The position numbers and the translations under genes were made by a program. This document shows positions 39,761-52,472 of a DNA stretch of 64,000 nucleotides, piece after piece. How positions within the stretch are numbered: position 1 is the stretch's first letter; every line of letters begins with the position of its first letter. Origin of the DNA: Glycera tridactyla (Eukaryota); NCBI GenBank assembly GCA_965644265.1, contig OZ286469.1, positions 38,688,001 to 38,752,000 of the forward strand, read 5' to 3'. The notes under the pieces are model-generated. The model had not been told where the DNA came from and did not search any database. It saw only the letters and a list, made by a program, of their open reading frames with translations.

Positions 39761-42137
39761 GCCCACACTCACCCGCCCACACACACACACCTGTCATACA
39801 ATGCACCTAACTGCTTCTGATGTTGGAATGAAACTTTGTTCCACGATACACTATCTAAATGTACAAACTGCATTTTCGGAAATCATCAGATTTCTTGTGG
39901 ATTCGAACCAAGGATCTCCAGCATGGCACCAACTGCGTAGCCATGAAGGAGCAAGCTGTCTTGCACGCTGAGCTATGCAGACTGCTCCAAAATAAGCAGC
40001 CACACACCCAACCAGAAACACATTCCATTCCTCACACCAGGGTGTGGTCTTTAGGTGAGATCTATATCACAAGAAACACTATGGTGATTTAATCTATAGA
40101 TTGCCAATTTGGTTTTGGATTCTGATTTTCATCTACCCTATGTCTGGAAAACCTTTTTGATTTTGGTTATCCATGTATAAAGAACAGTTGAATAAATGAA
40201 TAGTTACAACCTTGACATACAGAATTGAACGGGTGTAATTCTTGACTCAGGATAAGTTTGTTGAAGTTTGTAATGCACAAATGATCTTTATCATTCCATC
40301 ATGATTTGAAATGGCAACAATGGTTGCTCTCTAAATTGTATACTGGTGTTGTCATCAAATACCCGTCTTTAGAAACGGATGAAGATGAGAAACTTGATCT
40401 GCCTCACATCTCCGCTACTTTAATCAAGAGTTTATTCTGACAATTTACATATCCTGACAAAAATCATCATATGACAATAAAAGTTCATTTCCTGTGAAAA
40501 ATTATCTTGATGGATGTAGTAGTTCCTGAAGAATGATCCGTGAAAAACAGGCACCACAAAAAAACGGCGAACCGACTGTAGTATCAGAGAAGAGAAGATG
40601 AAACACAATATTATGAATGATATGATTAGGGCACTAATTCAGGCATTTGGGTGGTTTACATATCTAACATATTCAGCATCATGTTCGATTTATTTCAGTT
40701 TATATCAATACTGAGAGAATGTGATAACCATGCAAACCTTTTGCTATTTCACACAAACAAGTCTGAAAAAAGTTGATTAGTCCATCTTGCAGCAATCAAT
40801 TTTGGTCAACTGAAATTGGGTTCAAACCTGGAATCATTGTACACAGAAATAATTGAGTCAAACATAAGATAGCTTTGATCGGGCTCCACATAATATTTTG
40901 CAAGGAATTAATGATAAAAGTATGTGTAAGTGAAATTCAACTTCCCAATCAAGTAAACAAAATTATGTGGAAGAGGTTGTGATAAATCAAAGGAAAAATC
41001 TTGATGTATCTTTCGTTTATTCAGTCTGAGAGGGTTATACTGTATGTGATCCCAATTTTCTTCATAAGATGTAGGAATGCCAAACAGGCAATGAGTGATC
41101 AACCAATACTTCCACGTATTACATGGAGATGAGTGAGACTATCAATTGGTTTTCTTTTATTGTCATTAATAACGATTGTTGTAACATGCAAGAATTTTCT
41201 AACATGCACCCCTTCAATAACTGCCAAATAACAAGATGTATAGTATTGCTTACTCACCTGTGTATAAATTTTCTCCGCTTGAATATTATGAACATGTATG
41301 TTATTTTCAATTGATAATTTGCCATTAGATTGGGAAAGTATGCGTTCCCTAACACTGGAACTACCAGTACCTATCCGTGAGCATGCTAGTGTTCTTTGTG
41401 CCATGGACATACCTAGTGATCAGTACTTGTACCGATGTATGCCCGTGACAATTTCAAATAAAAGTATCTCAATCTCAATCTCAAGTTCATAATCAATGTG
41501 CCAGCCAGTGTAACCGCAGAAATCATTGTTGATCATGGCACTCATTCTAATAGTACCGGATCATGTCACATGTCATTGTCATTGTCATGTCACATGGATA
41601 CCCTTTGTATGATCATTGTGCATTGCCCTATTACCATTATATTGCAGTGATGCAGTTTCAAGCACATCCTGCTCAGGGACATTCCTGAGTAGAGAAGTGA
41701 ATGAGACAATTGTACCACTTGACCCTATAACTAACTGGACACTTCTGAGCTTGATGAGCCGATCACTCACTCATCTGGAATGGAATGCTAGATATCTTAT
41801 ACTATAGCTAGTCTGCACACTGAAGAGAAAATCCTCAGATTGATATTTCCGTACAGTGAACAGACAATAGTATCAGTGACAGTTCAAAGGACTCATTTTG
41901 ATCTATCGGGGTTCCCAGGATGCATCACCATTCTGTTGAAGATGCATTACTGATATTGCAAATATACATTCTTACAGTATTGCTGAGAAAGAAGATCATG
42001 GTATTCAGGATATGCTTTGAAGTGGATAGGCTCTCGGAATATTCCCTACGACTCTCCGACACAATTCTACCCATGATGCAAGTGAAGATCCAAATCAAAC
42101 AGCAATGACAGTGTTGGCTCTGAGGTATACAGCTGAA

Positions 42138-42300
42138 GTGAGACATTTGTCTCCCCACTAATCAAAATATGAGACAATTTACACAAATATGGAACAAATG
42201 TCACCAGTGCTTGCTCTGGGGTGGGACTGAAGCGAGACATTTGTCTCACTACTTCTTAAAACGTGAGACATCACACTCAAATGTGAGACAAATGTCTCAC
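42138..42300. mobile_element. 163-bp foldback/MITE-like element
   Basis: Perfect 16-bp inverted ends gtgagacatttgtctc / gagacaaatgtctcac, with further internal copies of the motif. Confidence 0.55.
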
Positions 42301-43442
42301 AATCTCCTCTGATATCCAGCGCTGATGACATCAGCAGTGGATTTCAACTGAAGATTAGTCAATCAATTGATCAATCAGTGAATAATTGAATGAATGAATC
42401 AATCAATCAACTGTATCCTGGATAAATGCCTGCATGAATATATGAGTCATCAAGGTATGAAAAGATCACATACAGATATACTGAAGCTAATGCTCAACTT
42501 CTTTTTCAGGACCCAAGATTGACTGATTCAGTTCTCGCTCTTTGGAATCGAATTGCATTTATGTATTACAATGACACTTGCGACCAGCCAGTCTGTGATG
42601 AGCACTCAACTGTCACACGAAAGTGTAACTGTAACAAGCAGGTATTTTTTTCTTTCACTTTCTTTTCACTTTTTAAATATTCCTCTCCAAGTATTTCTGC
42701 AACCAGCAACATCTGTCACGAGGGACCAGATTTCATGGATTTCAAGTTGCAGACTCTCCAAAGGCTGAAATGATCTAGAATATTTGTATTGCAAGAATTT
42801 CTATCCAATCCATGACAATGAGTTCCACTAAGTACACATGGGATGATTGGAGAATGGCTGATTGGTTTTAACACATTGTGATAGTTTTCACGCAAAACAC
42901 AGTCTCGCTTCTAGATAATGAAATGAAAAACATTTGAATTCTTCTCAAACTCCCAAATTTGTTGAAGCGAAGATTGAGGCAAATACATTGAAAACTTAAT
43001 TGTAAAACAGCAAAAATCAAAGTCACTCACTTTCACGCAGGAGTCCTACAAATCTCAGCAGAAATAGCTTGTGATAATTTCAAATTATTTCCTCACCAAA
43101 TGAGGACAGTTGTCAGTGAAGGCAAGTTGGTGGCATTCCATCTGCAATGTTTGCAGTGGAAATATGAATGTCAATCAAGAATTTACACTCTCTCACTGGG
43201 AGGGTAAGTTTGATAGATTGCATATGCTGATAGATTATCGATATCTCATGATAGAATCTTTGATAAAACTACTGTGCTACAATTCAATGAATGGAGGAAT
43301 GGTTAGTCTTCAATTTGCAAGAATAGGGTTTTTCCGATCCGGAATTTGGGATGAAATGTGGAAACCATTTCTAATTCAACACTCCAGTGAATTTTTTATC
43401 ATTCTTTGCGAGTCATGCATTGAGGCATTTCCCTTATTTGGA

Positions 43443-43614
43443 TATAAAGTCCGACCTGTCCTAAGCAGTCATTGTATTATGTTAGTCACCTGCCTAAAGC
43501 ACTCACTCTTGAATTCTGCTCCCAAAGTATTTTTCACTATGATTCACCTGTCTTGAACCACCACTTCCGCTCTTCCCAAGGGTGGCTGCATAGAACACAG
43601 CTGACAGACGGTAC
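43443..43614. mobile_element. Family B MITE
   Basis: aagtccgacctgtcctaagcag ... cttcccaagggtggctgcatag matches 11846-12023. Confidence 0.55.
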
Positions 43615-43770
43615 AGATGGAAGTTTTTGGATTCACCTAATTTTTCATGAGCGCTTCATATACACTGAAATATATGTATATGCATGTGCAAATAAGTCTT
43701 TATAGAGCAACTAAAAAGCCCAACCATAAGTTAAGTACAGAGCCCTCTACCATCATTCAGGTGCACATAG

Positions 43771-44783
43771 ATCTTTTCTGCTTCATTTCCTGGCAAAGGT
43801 TGAATATAGACTTCACTTGGCCATCCTGGGCTCAGTGCCTGAGAGATCTTTTCTGCTTCATTTCCTGGCAAAGGTTGAATATAGACTTTATTTGGCCATT
43901 CTGGGCTCAGCGCCTGAGAGATCTTTTCTGCTTCATTTCCTGGCAAAGGTTGAATATAGACTTTATCCGGCCATTCTGAGCTCAGTGCCTGAGATATCTT
44001 TTCTGCTTCATTTCCTGGCAAAGATTGAATATAGACTTTATTCGGCCATTCTGAGCTCAGTGCCTGAGAGATCTTTTCTGCTTCATTTCCTGGCAAAGGT
44101 TGAATATAGACTTTATCCGGCCATTCTGAGCTCAGTGCCTGAGAGATCTTTTCTGCTTCATTTCCTGGCAAAGATTGAATATAGACTTTATTCGGCCATT
44201 CTGAGCTCAGTGCCTGAGAGATCTTTTCTGCTTCATTTCCTGGCAAAGGTTGAATATAGACTTTATTTGGCCATTCTGAGCTCAGTGCCTGAGAGATCTT
44301 TTCTGCTTCATTTCCTGGCAAAAGTTGAATATAGACATTATTTGGCCATTCTGGGCTCAGTGCCTGAGAGATCTTTTCTGCTTCATTTCCTGGCAAAGTT
44401 GGGTATAGACATTATTTGGCCATTCTGGGCTCAGTGCCTGAGAGACCTTTTCTGCTTCATTTCCTGGCAAAGGTTGAATATAGACTTTACTTGGCCATCC
44501 TGAGCTCAGTGCCTGAGAGATCTTTTCTGCTTCATTTCCTGGCAAAGGTTGAATACAGACTTTACTTGGCCATCCTGAGCTCAGTGCCTGAGAGATCTTT
44601 TCTGCTTCATTTTCTGGCAAAGGTTGAATATAGACTTTATTTGGCCATTCTGGGCTCAGTGCCTGAGAGATCTTTTCTGCTTCATTTCCTGGCAAAGGTT
44701 GAATATAGACTTTACTTGGCCATCCTGAGCTCAGTGCCCAAAGGTGAAACATAGACTTCAGTTTGCCATCCTGAGCTCAGCAC
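43771..44783. repeat. 75-bp minisatellite, ~13.5 copies
   Basis: Unit atcttttctgcttcatttcctggcaaaggttgaatatagactttatttggccattctgggctcagtgcctgagag starts at 43771, 43846, 43921 and so on, with a 1-nt deletion in the unit starting at 44371-44446 region shifting later starts (44520 rather than 44521). Confidence 0.97.
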
Positions 44784-46859
44784 AAATTGTAGAGCATCAT
44801 CAGTCCACTGTCTTTTATCACCAACTGCATCATCTGAATGATGCGAGGATGCATTCAAGATTCGAGAATCTGAGAAACAAATGGTCGGTTCGCTATCTAA
44901 ATGCAAATCCGGATCATCCGTTTTAAGACTCAAAATAATGATGCCATTTGTGAGTGGAGTTACTTTTTATCTCCATCATATCTGACAAACAAATTAAGAT
45001 TTCCTGATAACTCTATGATTCCCGACTGAAACCAACAATGAAATTGCCACTGCTACCATCACCTGAGTTGAAAGACCAACAACACGTGACCCTCTCCAAC
45101 TACGGGATCACGTGACAATGCTTCATTGCAGTTGCCATTAGCTAAGAGAAAGGGAAGCAGATGCATTCTCGAAAGCTCGCTTGACAAACTAATATCGCAG
45201 TGTGTATACATTTTAATCTTCATCCATGACCCATTTTCATGTTTTGAGTTTAGGGCCTAAATTCCGATAATTTCCTAGTGAAGTAATACAGAAGAATTCT
45301 CACAAAATTCTACTCAAAATACTATATAATTCCAAATCATAGTACATCTCAATCACCATTCCAAAATAGTTCCATTATATTTATGCAGGGAACATGCAGC
45401 AGCATTCAAATTTCTAATGATTAGGTCGATTCAAAATGCAAACATAAAATTCCAATTCAAAATGTGGCATAAGTGTATCAGCGACATTTTCTTCCACAAG
45501 CCATATTTGAAAAGTCCGTATTGGTAAAATGTTAACTCACTCAGAAAAATGATTTGCAAAAAAATGGAAATTCCATGTGCATAAATCTCAAACTTGTCAA
45601 ATCATTTCTCAAGATGTGATGAATAATTCTGGGCTGTGAATTGTCAAAAAATCCATTCACAGATACTGAGAAAACTAGTGAAAAAGTGGCTAGGCCAAAC
45701 GAAAAGATATCGTATGCTAGTCAAGCTATTGGAAAAATAACAAAAAATGAGAAAGAGCAGTAATACGGAAATCTTACTTTGTATGCCTCACTCGTGTCCT
45801 AACAATTCAGTGTTCTCTCCAGGGAGTGTGATACTCAAAAAGCACCGAAAATGCCTAATTTGTTTTCAGGAACTTTTCTGGAATGGTTTTTCTTTTGCCA
45901 AGGTTTATGAAGTGGATATGACAGTGGCTTCCTCAATGTTGAGCTATCATATTGATCCACGTAAAGCCGTAGAGAACTCTGTAGTTGTATTCTGATCAGG
46001 CTGCAGAAATGAACAGACATGTAGTTTCACATTAGGATAATATGCACACACTGGTTGCAAAGATAAACCAATAGAATATGAACAGAAGGAAATCAGTGCG
46101 TGTAAACAAATTTCATCAACGAAACACCTTCAACATGAAGGCAATAAACATATTTTGGTGTTACACTTCACTGAATGCATTTCTCTTTCTGTTGCGATAA
46201 CTAAAATCTGGAAATTCACCAAAATATTTCACACTATTGCATTGGATCTTTGGGAGAATTTGCTTGGGAATTCTCTTATGCCATCAGAGTTGAATCTGTT
46301 CTTTGCTAAATTGTCACTGTCTAAGCACTGTCATAAATATTTCGTCAATGTGAAATGATCTTTATGGCAACTGTATCTAGTGTGATCAACAAAACAATTC
46401 TATCCATCATAGAAATAGAGCAAAATGTCACTCAAAGGAATTCAATCCACTGATCATCTGGTTTTTGGTGTTGATTACCAAACTCTTTCATGAAGTATCA
46501 TTGCTCATACAAAATAGTCGCCTAATATTGGCATGATTAGGATCATCAAGTGGAATATGATTCAACGCTTGCTGTTTGACAACAGATAAATCATATGCAG
46601 GCAATCTTAATGGGCATACATGGACTTCGATTAGGAAGAAATAGTGCCCTCAGTGAGTGTATGTATACAGAAACCAAATGCTGCCTCATTCCCATTACAA
46701 AGCCTTACTTGTGTGACTTATTGAGATGATTCAATGAGAGAAAAGCCTGGCTAATACGAAAAGAAAATATATGATGAAACTAATAATCCAAGAACATCAT
46801 TCACATTGGTCATGTGTGGCCAAATGGGGAAACACCTCTTCTCTGTAAAGAGCATTTTT

Positions 46860-47370
46860 CTTTGTTTGAGCTTTAATGACATGTATCAACCAAGAGGTTT
46901 TTGTTTGTTTGAGGTTTAATGGCATGTATCAACCCTGGGGTTTCAATCAAAAGGATTATGTATGCCATGTGTTCCGGGTCAATAAAAGGTAAATGTGTCC
47001 AGAGAAATAGACTAACACCTGCCCACCAGCCAAATTTTCAGGAGGGCCAGTAAATTTTGAAGTTTACCTGCCCACATGGCTGGCAATTTTTTTCTGAAAA
47101 AGAGTATAAGACATATTTGATTATTGTTTATGGGTCAGTAGATTTAGAAGAGGGCTGGTAGATTCCAGAATTTACCTGCCCACTTGGCTGGTGGGTAGTT
47201 ACACTTAGTCTAGAAGACTGTGTGTCCCCTGCAGACATCACTTCCACATACCCCAAACACAACATGATGGGGAACCCTAGATGTTCTCAAATGGAAATTG
47301 CTGACAGTTCGGACACACGCCTACCTACTCAATATGAACACAATGAAGCTAATAATGACATATCTGACTA
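46860..47370 (-). mobile_element. SINE-like family S copy interrupted by a 221-bp insert (47000-47220); a second partial copy follows at 47378-47525
   Basis: Homology to the 3470 and 23557 copies resumes after the insert; TGTGTC is duplicated on both sides of it. Confidence 0.6.
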
Positions 47371-48613
47371 TAACTTGTAAGGTTGTCAAATGGAAGTAGC
47401 TGACAGCTCAGACACACCTCTCCCACTCGATATGAGCACACTGAACCTGATGATATATCTGACTACGTAACTGGTTGGAAGTTGACACTCTCCCAAGAGA
47501 GTTACAACATTTGGATGACAACCCTGATCCCCCCCCCCTGCCTAATTTGTTCATCTCACTTCCAGTTGATGAATGTGTTACAATATTAATCAAATGGTCT
47601 AAAATTTTACTAACAGTCGAAAGATCATGACGCTAAGATGAAATAGCGTGTGCACTCATCTCTGGTAGGTCTGTTTAGTCATGGTGGTTGTCTTCAACAA
47701 AAACATTCATCCTATTCGGTGAAATGACAGGCGTCCGTTATCCGTTACTATCCACCAGTGAGATGCAGACAATGGAGATTGTGATGTACCGTGCCTAAAA
47801 TTGCTTCAATCAGAGAAACCCATTCTTGTCTGAATCCGTGATGTACGTGACTCCCTGAGTGGGCAATATATTGCAAGTAATGGACGAAACATGAGCGGCT
47901 CCGCCACAAACGGCAAACTAGACGTGACTTCCGACATGTAAATTATGTTTCCATGATGCTACATCATGGGGAAGACCATGATAATGATGTCCAACTTATT
48001 TACGTTGAGGTGTATATGACCATACAAGGACAAGACGCAGATTGTCTGGCCAATTTCGGTGTGAGCATACCCGAAATTGGAATGAATGCGCATCTTTCAT
48101 AGAAGTTTTCCAAGACATGATGTCTTGTACCATTCGAACATCGATGGAACAGAATTAAAGCATCATTGTCTGTACTGCAACTGAGTATTTGAAACAGGCT
48201 TTATTGCATAAAATGAGCATGAGCATGACAACTAGATGCTCAATAAGATTGCTGCCCAACATTGTTCTAAAATGATTTGAGTGGAATCCAATTATGCTTG
48301 AGATCAAAACAAGTGATCATAGTTGCTCTTGTTGTCCCAATATATTTGATGCAGTCATGAATACCATAGCATCATGAAGCGAATACTCCAGTTTTAATCA
48401 GGCCTCAAATTAGGAGAAATGAGCTTCAGATGCTGTTGCAGTCAAACCTGCGATAAGTCCGTGATGAGCAATTACCAGCCACAAGTCAGTACTTTCCTTG
48501 CAGTTACACATACCACCAGTAGACACCAGCAAAGTTCCAAGGAATTCATGGTACCCGATGGCCACTGGTTCCGCTGTTCCTGCTAGATTCAGATGGGCCT
48601 CTCTAATCACAAC

Positions 48614-49170
48614 AAATGACATGACTAAGGTACTAGCGTATTTTCTTGATCACATAGAATGACATGACTAAGGCACTCATATATTCTCCTCAGATCATGA
48701 AGAATGACATGACTAAGGCACTCATATATTTTCTCAATCAAAGAGAATGACATGAAAAAGGTGCTCATGTATTTTCTCAATCACAAAGAATGACATGACT
48801 AAGGCACTCTTGTATTTTCTCAATCACAAAGAATGACATGACTAAGGCACTCATTTATTTTCTCAATCACAAACAATGACATGACTAAGGCACTCATTTA
48901 TTTTCTCAATCACAAAGAATGACATGACTAAGGCACTCTTGTATATTCTCAATCACAAAGAATGACGTGACTGAGGCACTCATTTATTTTCTCAATCACA
49001 AAGAATGACATGACTAAGGCACTCATGTATTTTCCTGAGATCACAAAGAATGACATGACTAAGGTACTGATATATTTTCTCAATCACAGAGAATGACATG
49101 AATAAGGCGCTCGTGTATTTTCTCAATCACAAAGAATGACATGACTAAGGCACGTGAGTATTTTCTTGAA
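48614..49170. repeat. 43-bp minisatellite, ~13 copies
   Basis: Unit aatgacatgactaaggcactcatttattttctcaatcacaaag. Confidence 0.97.
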
Positions 49171-49879
49171 AGTATAAGAACCACAATAAAATGTGCTCTC
49201 CAAATATGAGGAAAATCCCACTCAATATTGAGTCCCAAAGACAAAGAAAGTGAGTGAAACTGCTGATTAGGCAAATGTTAATACTGCAGCTGTAGGTAAA
49301 GTCATGTCTCCGAAGTAAGTAAGTTAGTAACTTATACCATATTCTTCGATTACGAATCCACCACCATAATATATTCCCAGCTCTCCCATGACCATATCTG
49401 TCATTTTGCCAGAAAAGAGGAGCCACATCACATGAAACCTGCAGAGATAACCTCATGCGTATTCTTTAAATATATTTGCACTTATATATTTATACTTAAA
49501 TAAACCTCAAATGAAAGACCACAATTTTTAGGATGATCCAATCACAGGTTTTCCTGTAGCTTTATGAATAATTGTTTGAGGATCAGTCAGAAGATGTTTT
49601 AGGATCTATCAACGAAAATATAGATCGAGACATGTTCTTCCTTGTGTGTAAATCATTTTCACTGAATTTATCAATGAGCTACCAGACTGAATCCTCTTTT
49701 TCTTCTCACAGATATGGTCATTGATAGACAGAATATGAGCAGATATTGAATTGATGCAGTTAATATGTAGTGCCCTTACCTACCCTCCGATAGATTGGTC
49801 TTCAAAATCTGCCCCAATCAGACCTGCATGGAAATTTCTATTTGAAGGTACATGCACTATTACATAAAAAATATGGGTG

Positions 49880-50225
49880 GAAACCTGTCTGGAAATTCAT
49901 ACCAAGTTACTTCCCGAGAAGGAAATATAGAAAAATACATGCTTAATCCTTCCACTTATCTCATCATCGTTAAATATCAGAACTATCTAGTCTGGCTCGT
50001 CAAGACACAAAACTCACGTTTTGTTGCATAAAAAAAATCTGGAAATTTATAACAAAACTTATGTTCCGTTACATCAAGAAATTCATCTGGAAATTCATAC
50101 AAAGTTACTCTCATAGAAGGAGACTGAGAAACATGCATGATTCATCCTCCCATGACTTCCACCCCTCTTTTAATGGTTGTTTATTAGAACTATCTAGTCT
50201 GGCCTGTCACGAAACAAAACTCTGA
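49880..50225. repeat. Old ~198-bp tandem duplication
   Basis: tctggaaattcatac.aagttact ... agaactatctagtctggc..gtca occurs twice (anchors ~49888 and ~50086). Confidence 0.75.
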
Positions 50226-52330
50226 TATTGATCCTAGCAGATTTAATGGTTGATCCAAACACAAGCTTTATCCAGGCACACGCTGGCCATAAATTTTACA
50301 GCCTAGCATGTTTATTAAATTTGCTACATCGTTCATGGACGTTCGATGCCCTGGATGGCTTCCATACAACCCACTCTGCAGTCCTGCGTCTGATGTCACA
50401 GAGTTCTTTTGATCACAACATCACAACAGTGATATGGTTTTGATAGGTCTTCAATTGATCAGATCCCATCCGTCTATAAGTGTCAAATACAGAATACTAG
50501 TGAGTAAATTGTGACAATTAATTGTGCACATCTGATATTGTAAGCTATATGGGGAGGATAGTGGGATCCATCCAAACAAAGATCATACTGAAAATGAAAT
50601 CAATGCTACGAATACAAAGCAAACTAGGACGACCCACCCATCCTAAACACTCATCATCCAATGAAATTTTTATCACAGCTTTGCTGTATTGTTTGCTCTT
50701 CAAGGCCATAATGGCGTGAAACATACAAGGAACAGTAGAAACAATTATTTTTTCATAATTTACTGTGCATCTCTCATGTAAAATTCAAGTTTCATAATAA
50801 AATTATGAATCTACCAAAGTCATATAAGCTGGATGAGCACTATGCTCATAAATATTATTCATGCATATGTACACACGTTAGCCCCATTTTCTCGCTCATT
50901 TACCCCCAAGCTTTCCATAGGGAATCCATCATTTTGCAACAAGCACCCTGATCTGAGCAAACTTCTGACCATAGAATCAACGAGATGATACTCAATTCTG
51001 TGCGACCTCCAGGGGTCCAGGGAGACACTGTGAAATAGTTTTGACTGGTCGTCAGGGAAATTCCACAATGGGTGGTATCATGTACAATTACGATATAAAA
51101 AACAGATATGAAACTTTCGTCAATGTTCACACTTTGATAATATGGTGCGAGATATGTGATCCTTCCCAAATATGGGATATTCAACTTGGCAACAATGTGA
51201 ACCAGATAGGCAACCTGAGAGGCTACGACTGAGAAACTTGCATCTGCTCCGATGTCTGAGGGTGATTAAGACAAAATATGAGGAAGATTGCAATCATGGC
51301 TAACAACCTCATCATATAGGAGGTGAAAAAACAACTGATGAATTCACACCAGATCGCGTTTGCGTCCACCACCACAAACAGCATCATTGAGAAAGATGGC
51401 TCGTACCTCTTGAAACCATTCAATTGAATCAGTGGGATGTAATTTGGCACTGGATACAAACCACTTGGGTACACTAATGATCACACGTGATACTCAATTA
51501 GAACAACACTTATTCAGAAGATGATGCTAAGGTCTCTTCAATGAAGATGTTGTAGGGATTTGTTCATGATAATCAAACACTCAGTGGGTACTATATTATT
51601 AACAACAATCATACAGTAAGACAACGATACATGGTGAATCGAGTGCAAATATATAGTGATTATTCAAGTCTGTCTCACACCAGGTTATTTTGCCAAAATG
51701 GCACAAAAAACATCTTCCATAACATTCATAAGTCATAAACAATTATAATTACACCACAGATCACAATATACTTGCTTACCTCATCCCAGGGTTCATTAAA
51801 TGTACATAGATCATCTTCAACATGAGGAGTATATGGTATAAAAGCAAGCATGTATGACTGTGACATTGGATCTACTGTTTCGATCATGGAGTAACTCAAA
51901 ATTTTTCTTCTTTCCCATGTTTCTCTTGAAATTTCAAAATTGAAAATTTAAGTTTAATTGAGATCACAATAACTTATCTTATGATAATCATCAACATGAA
52001 AATTGTGACTCAAAGACGTATATCAAGTCACTTATGAAAAATCTTATCAATTAACTGATCATCAATTTTTTGACAGAAAAAGTTACCTAGTAAATTCCCA
52101 TTGCTTCACAATATACTGGTTACTCAGACTTCTTATTGATCTCCAAGGCAGTCTAGTCACCTTGTTAAATGATATAAGAGAAAAATATAACATGGGAATC
52201 TCGCCACTAGAGAATTCACTCATGTCAGAGAATCTCGCCACTAGAGAATCCACTCGTGTTAGACAGTCATGCAAGCTTGCCGCCTTCACTATACATCCAC
52301 TGGGAGATCGTAGTACAACTCCGCACGTAC

Positions 52331-52385
52331 CTTTGACTGAATTGAGCTTGTCGCCCATCATCTGTTTGGCGATAAAGGCAGCCAT
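52331..52385 (-). CDS. cplx: Complexin/synaphin, first coding exon (N-terminal 18 aa + 1 nt)
   Basis: Minus-strand translation MAAFIAKQMMGDKLNSVK-G matches the conserved protostome complexin N-terminus (Drosophila MAAFIAKQMVGNQLSAVKG). It is followed immediately by a GT donor (AAAG|GTACGT at 52330). The rest of the tool ORF 52083..52385 is intronic read-through. Confidence 0.9.
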
Positions 52386-52472
52386 CTTGACTGGTTGTGG
52401 TGACGACGACGGTGGTACGTAAGGCCTCTAGATATCGTGTCAGTGGCAAAAAGTTACATCCAGTTTAGCAGT
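52331..52472 (-). other. cplx: Full complexin exon including 5' UTR part
   Basis: Pyrimidine-rich acceptor TTTTGTTTTGTATGTTTGACAG| lies 87 nt upstream of the ATG on the minus strand. This implies at least one further non-coding 5' exon at higher coordinates. Confidence 0.65.

Noticed and set aside
44712-44933. KRQWTDDAL resembling a pipsqueak-type HTH start
   Set aside because: Similarity covers only a few residues and the frame runs into the 75-bp repeat.
48410-48622. Minus-strand ORF (EAHLNLAGTAEPVAIGYHEF...) with a possible acceptor
   Set aside because: No recognisable family; the start and acceptor come from the 43-bp repeat edge, and there are no partner exons.
50859-51474. Cluster of 60-95-aa ORFs that look coding-like
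   Set aside because: Every frame is interrupted by stops and none gives a motif I recognise.
52083-52330. Continuation of the tool ORF (TCGVVLRSPSG...) as complexin coding sequence
   Set aside because: Complexin similarity ends exactly at a GT donor, so the rest is intron read-through.
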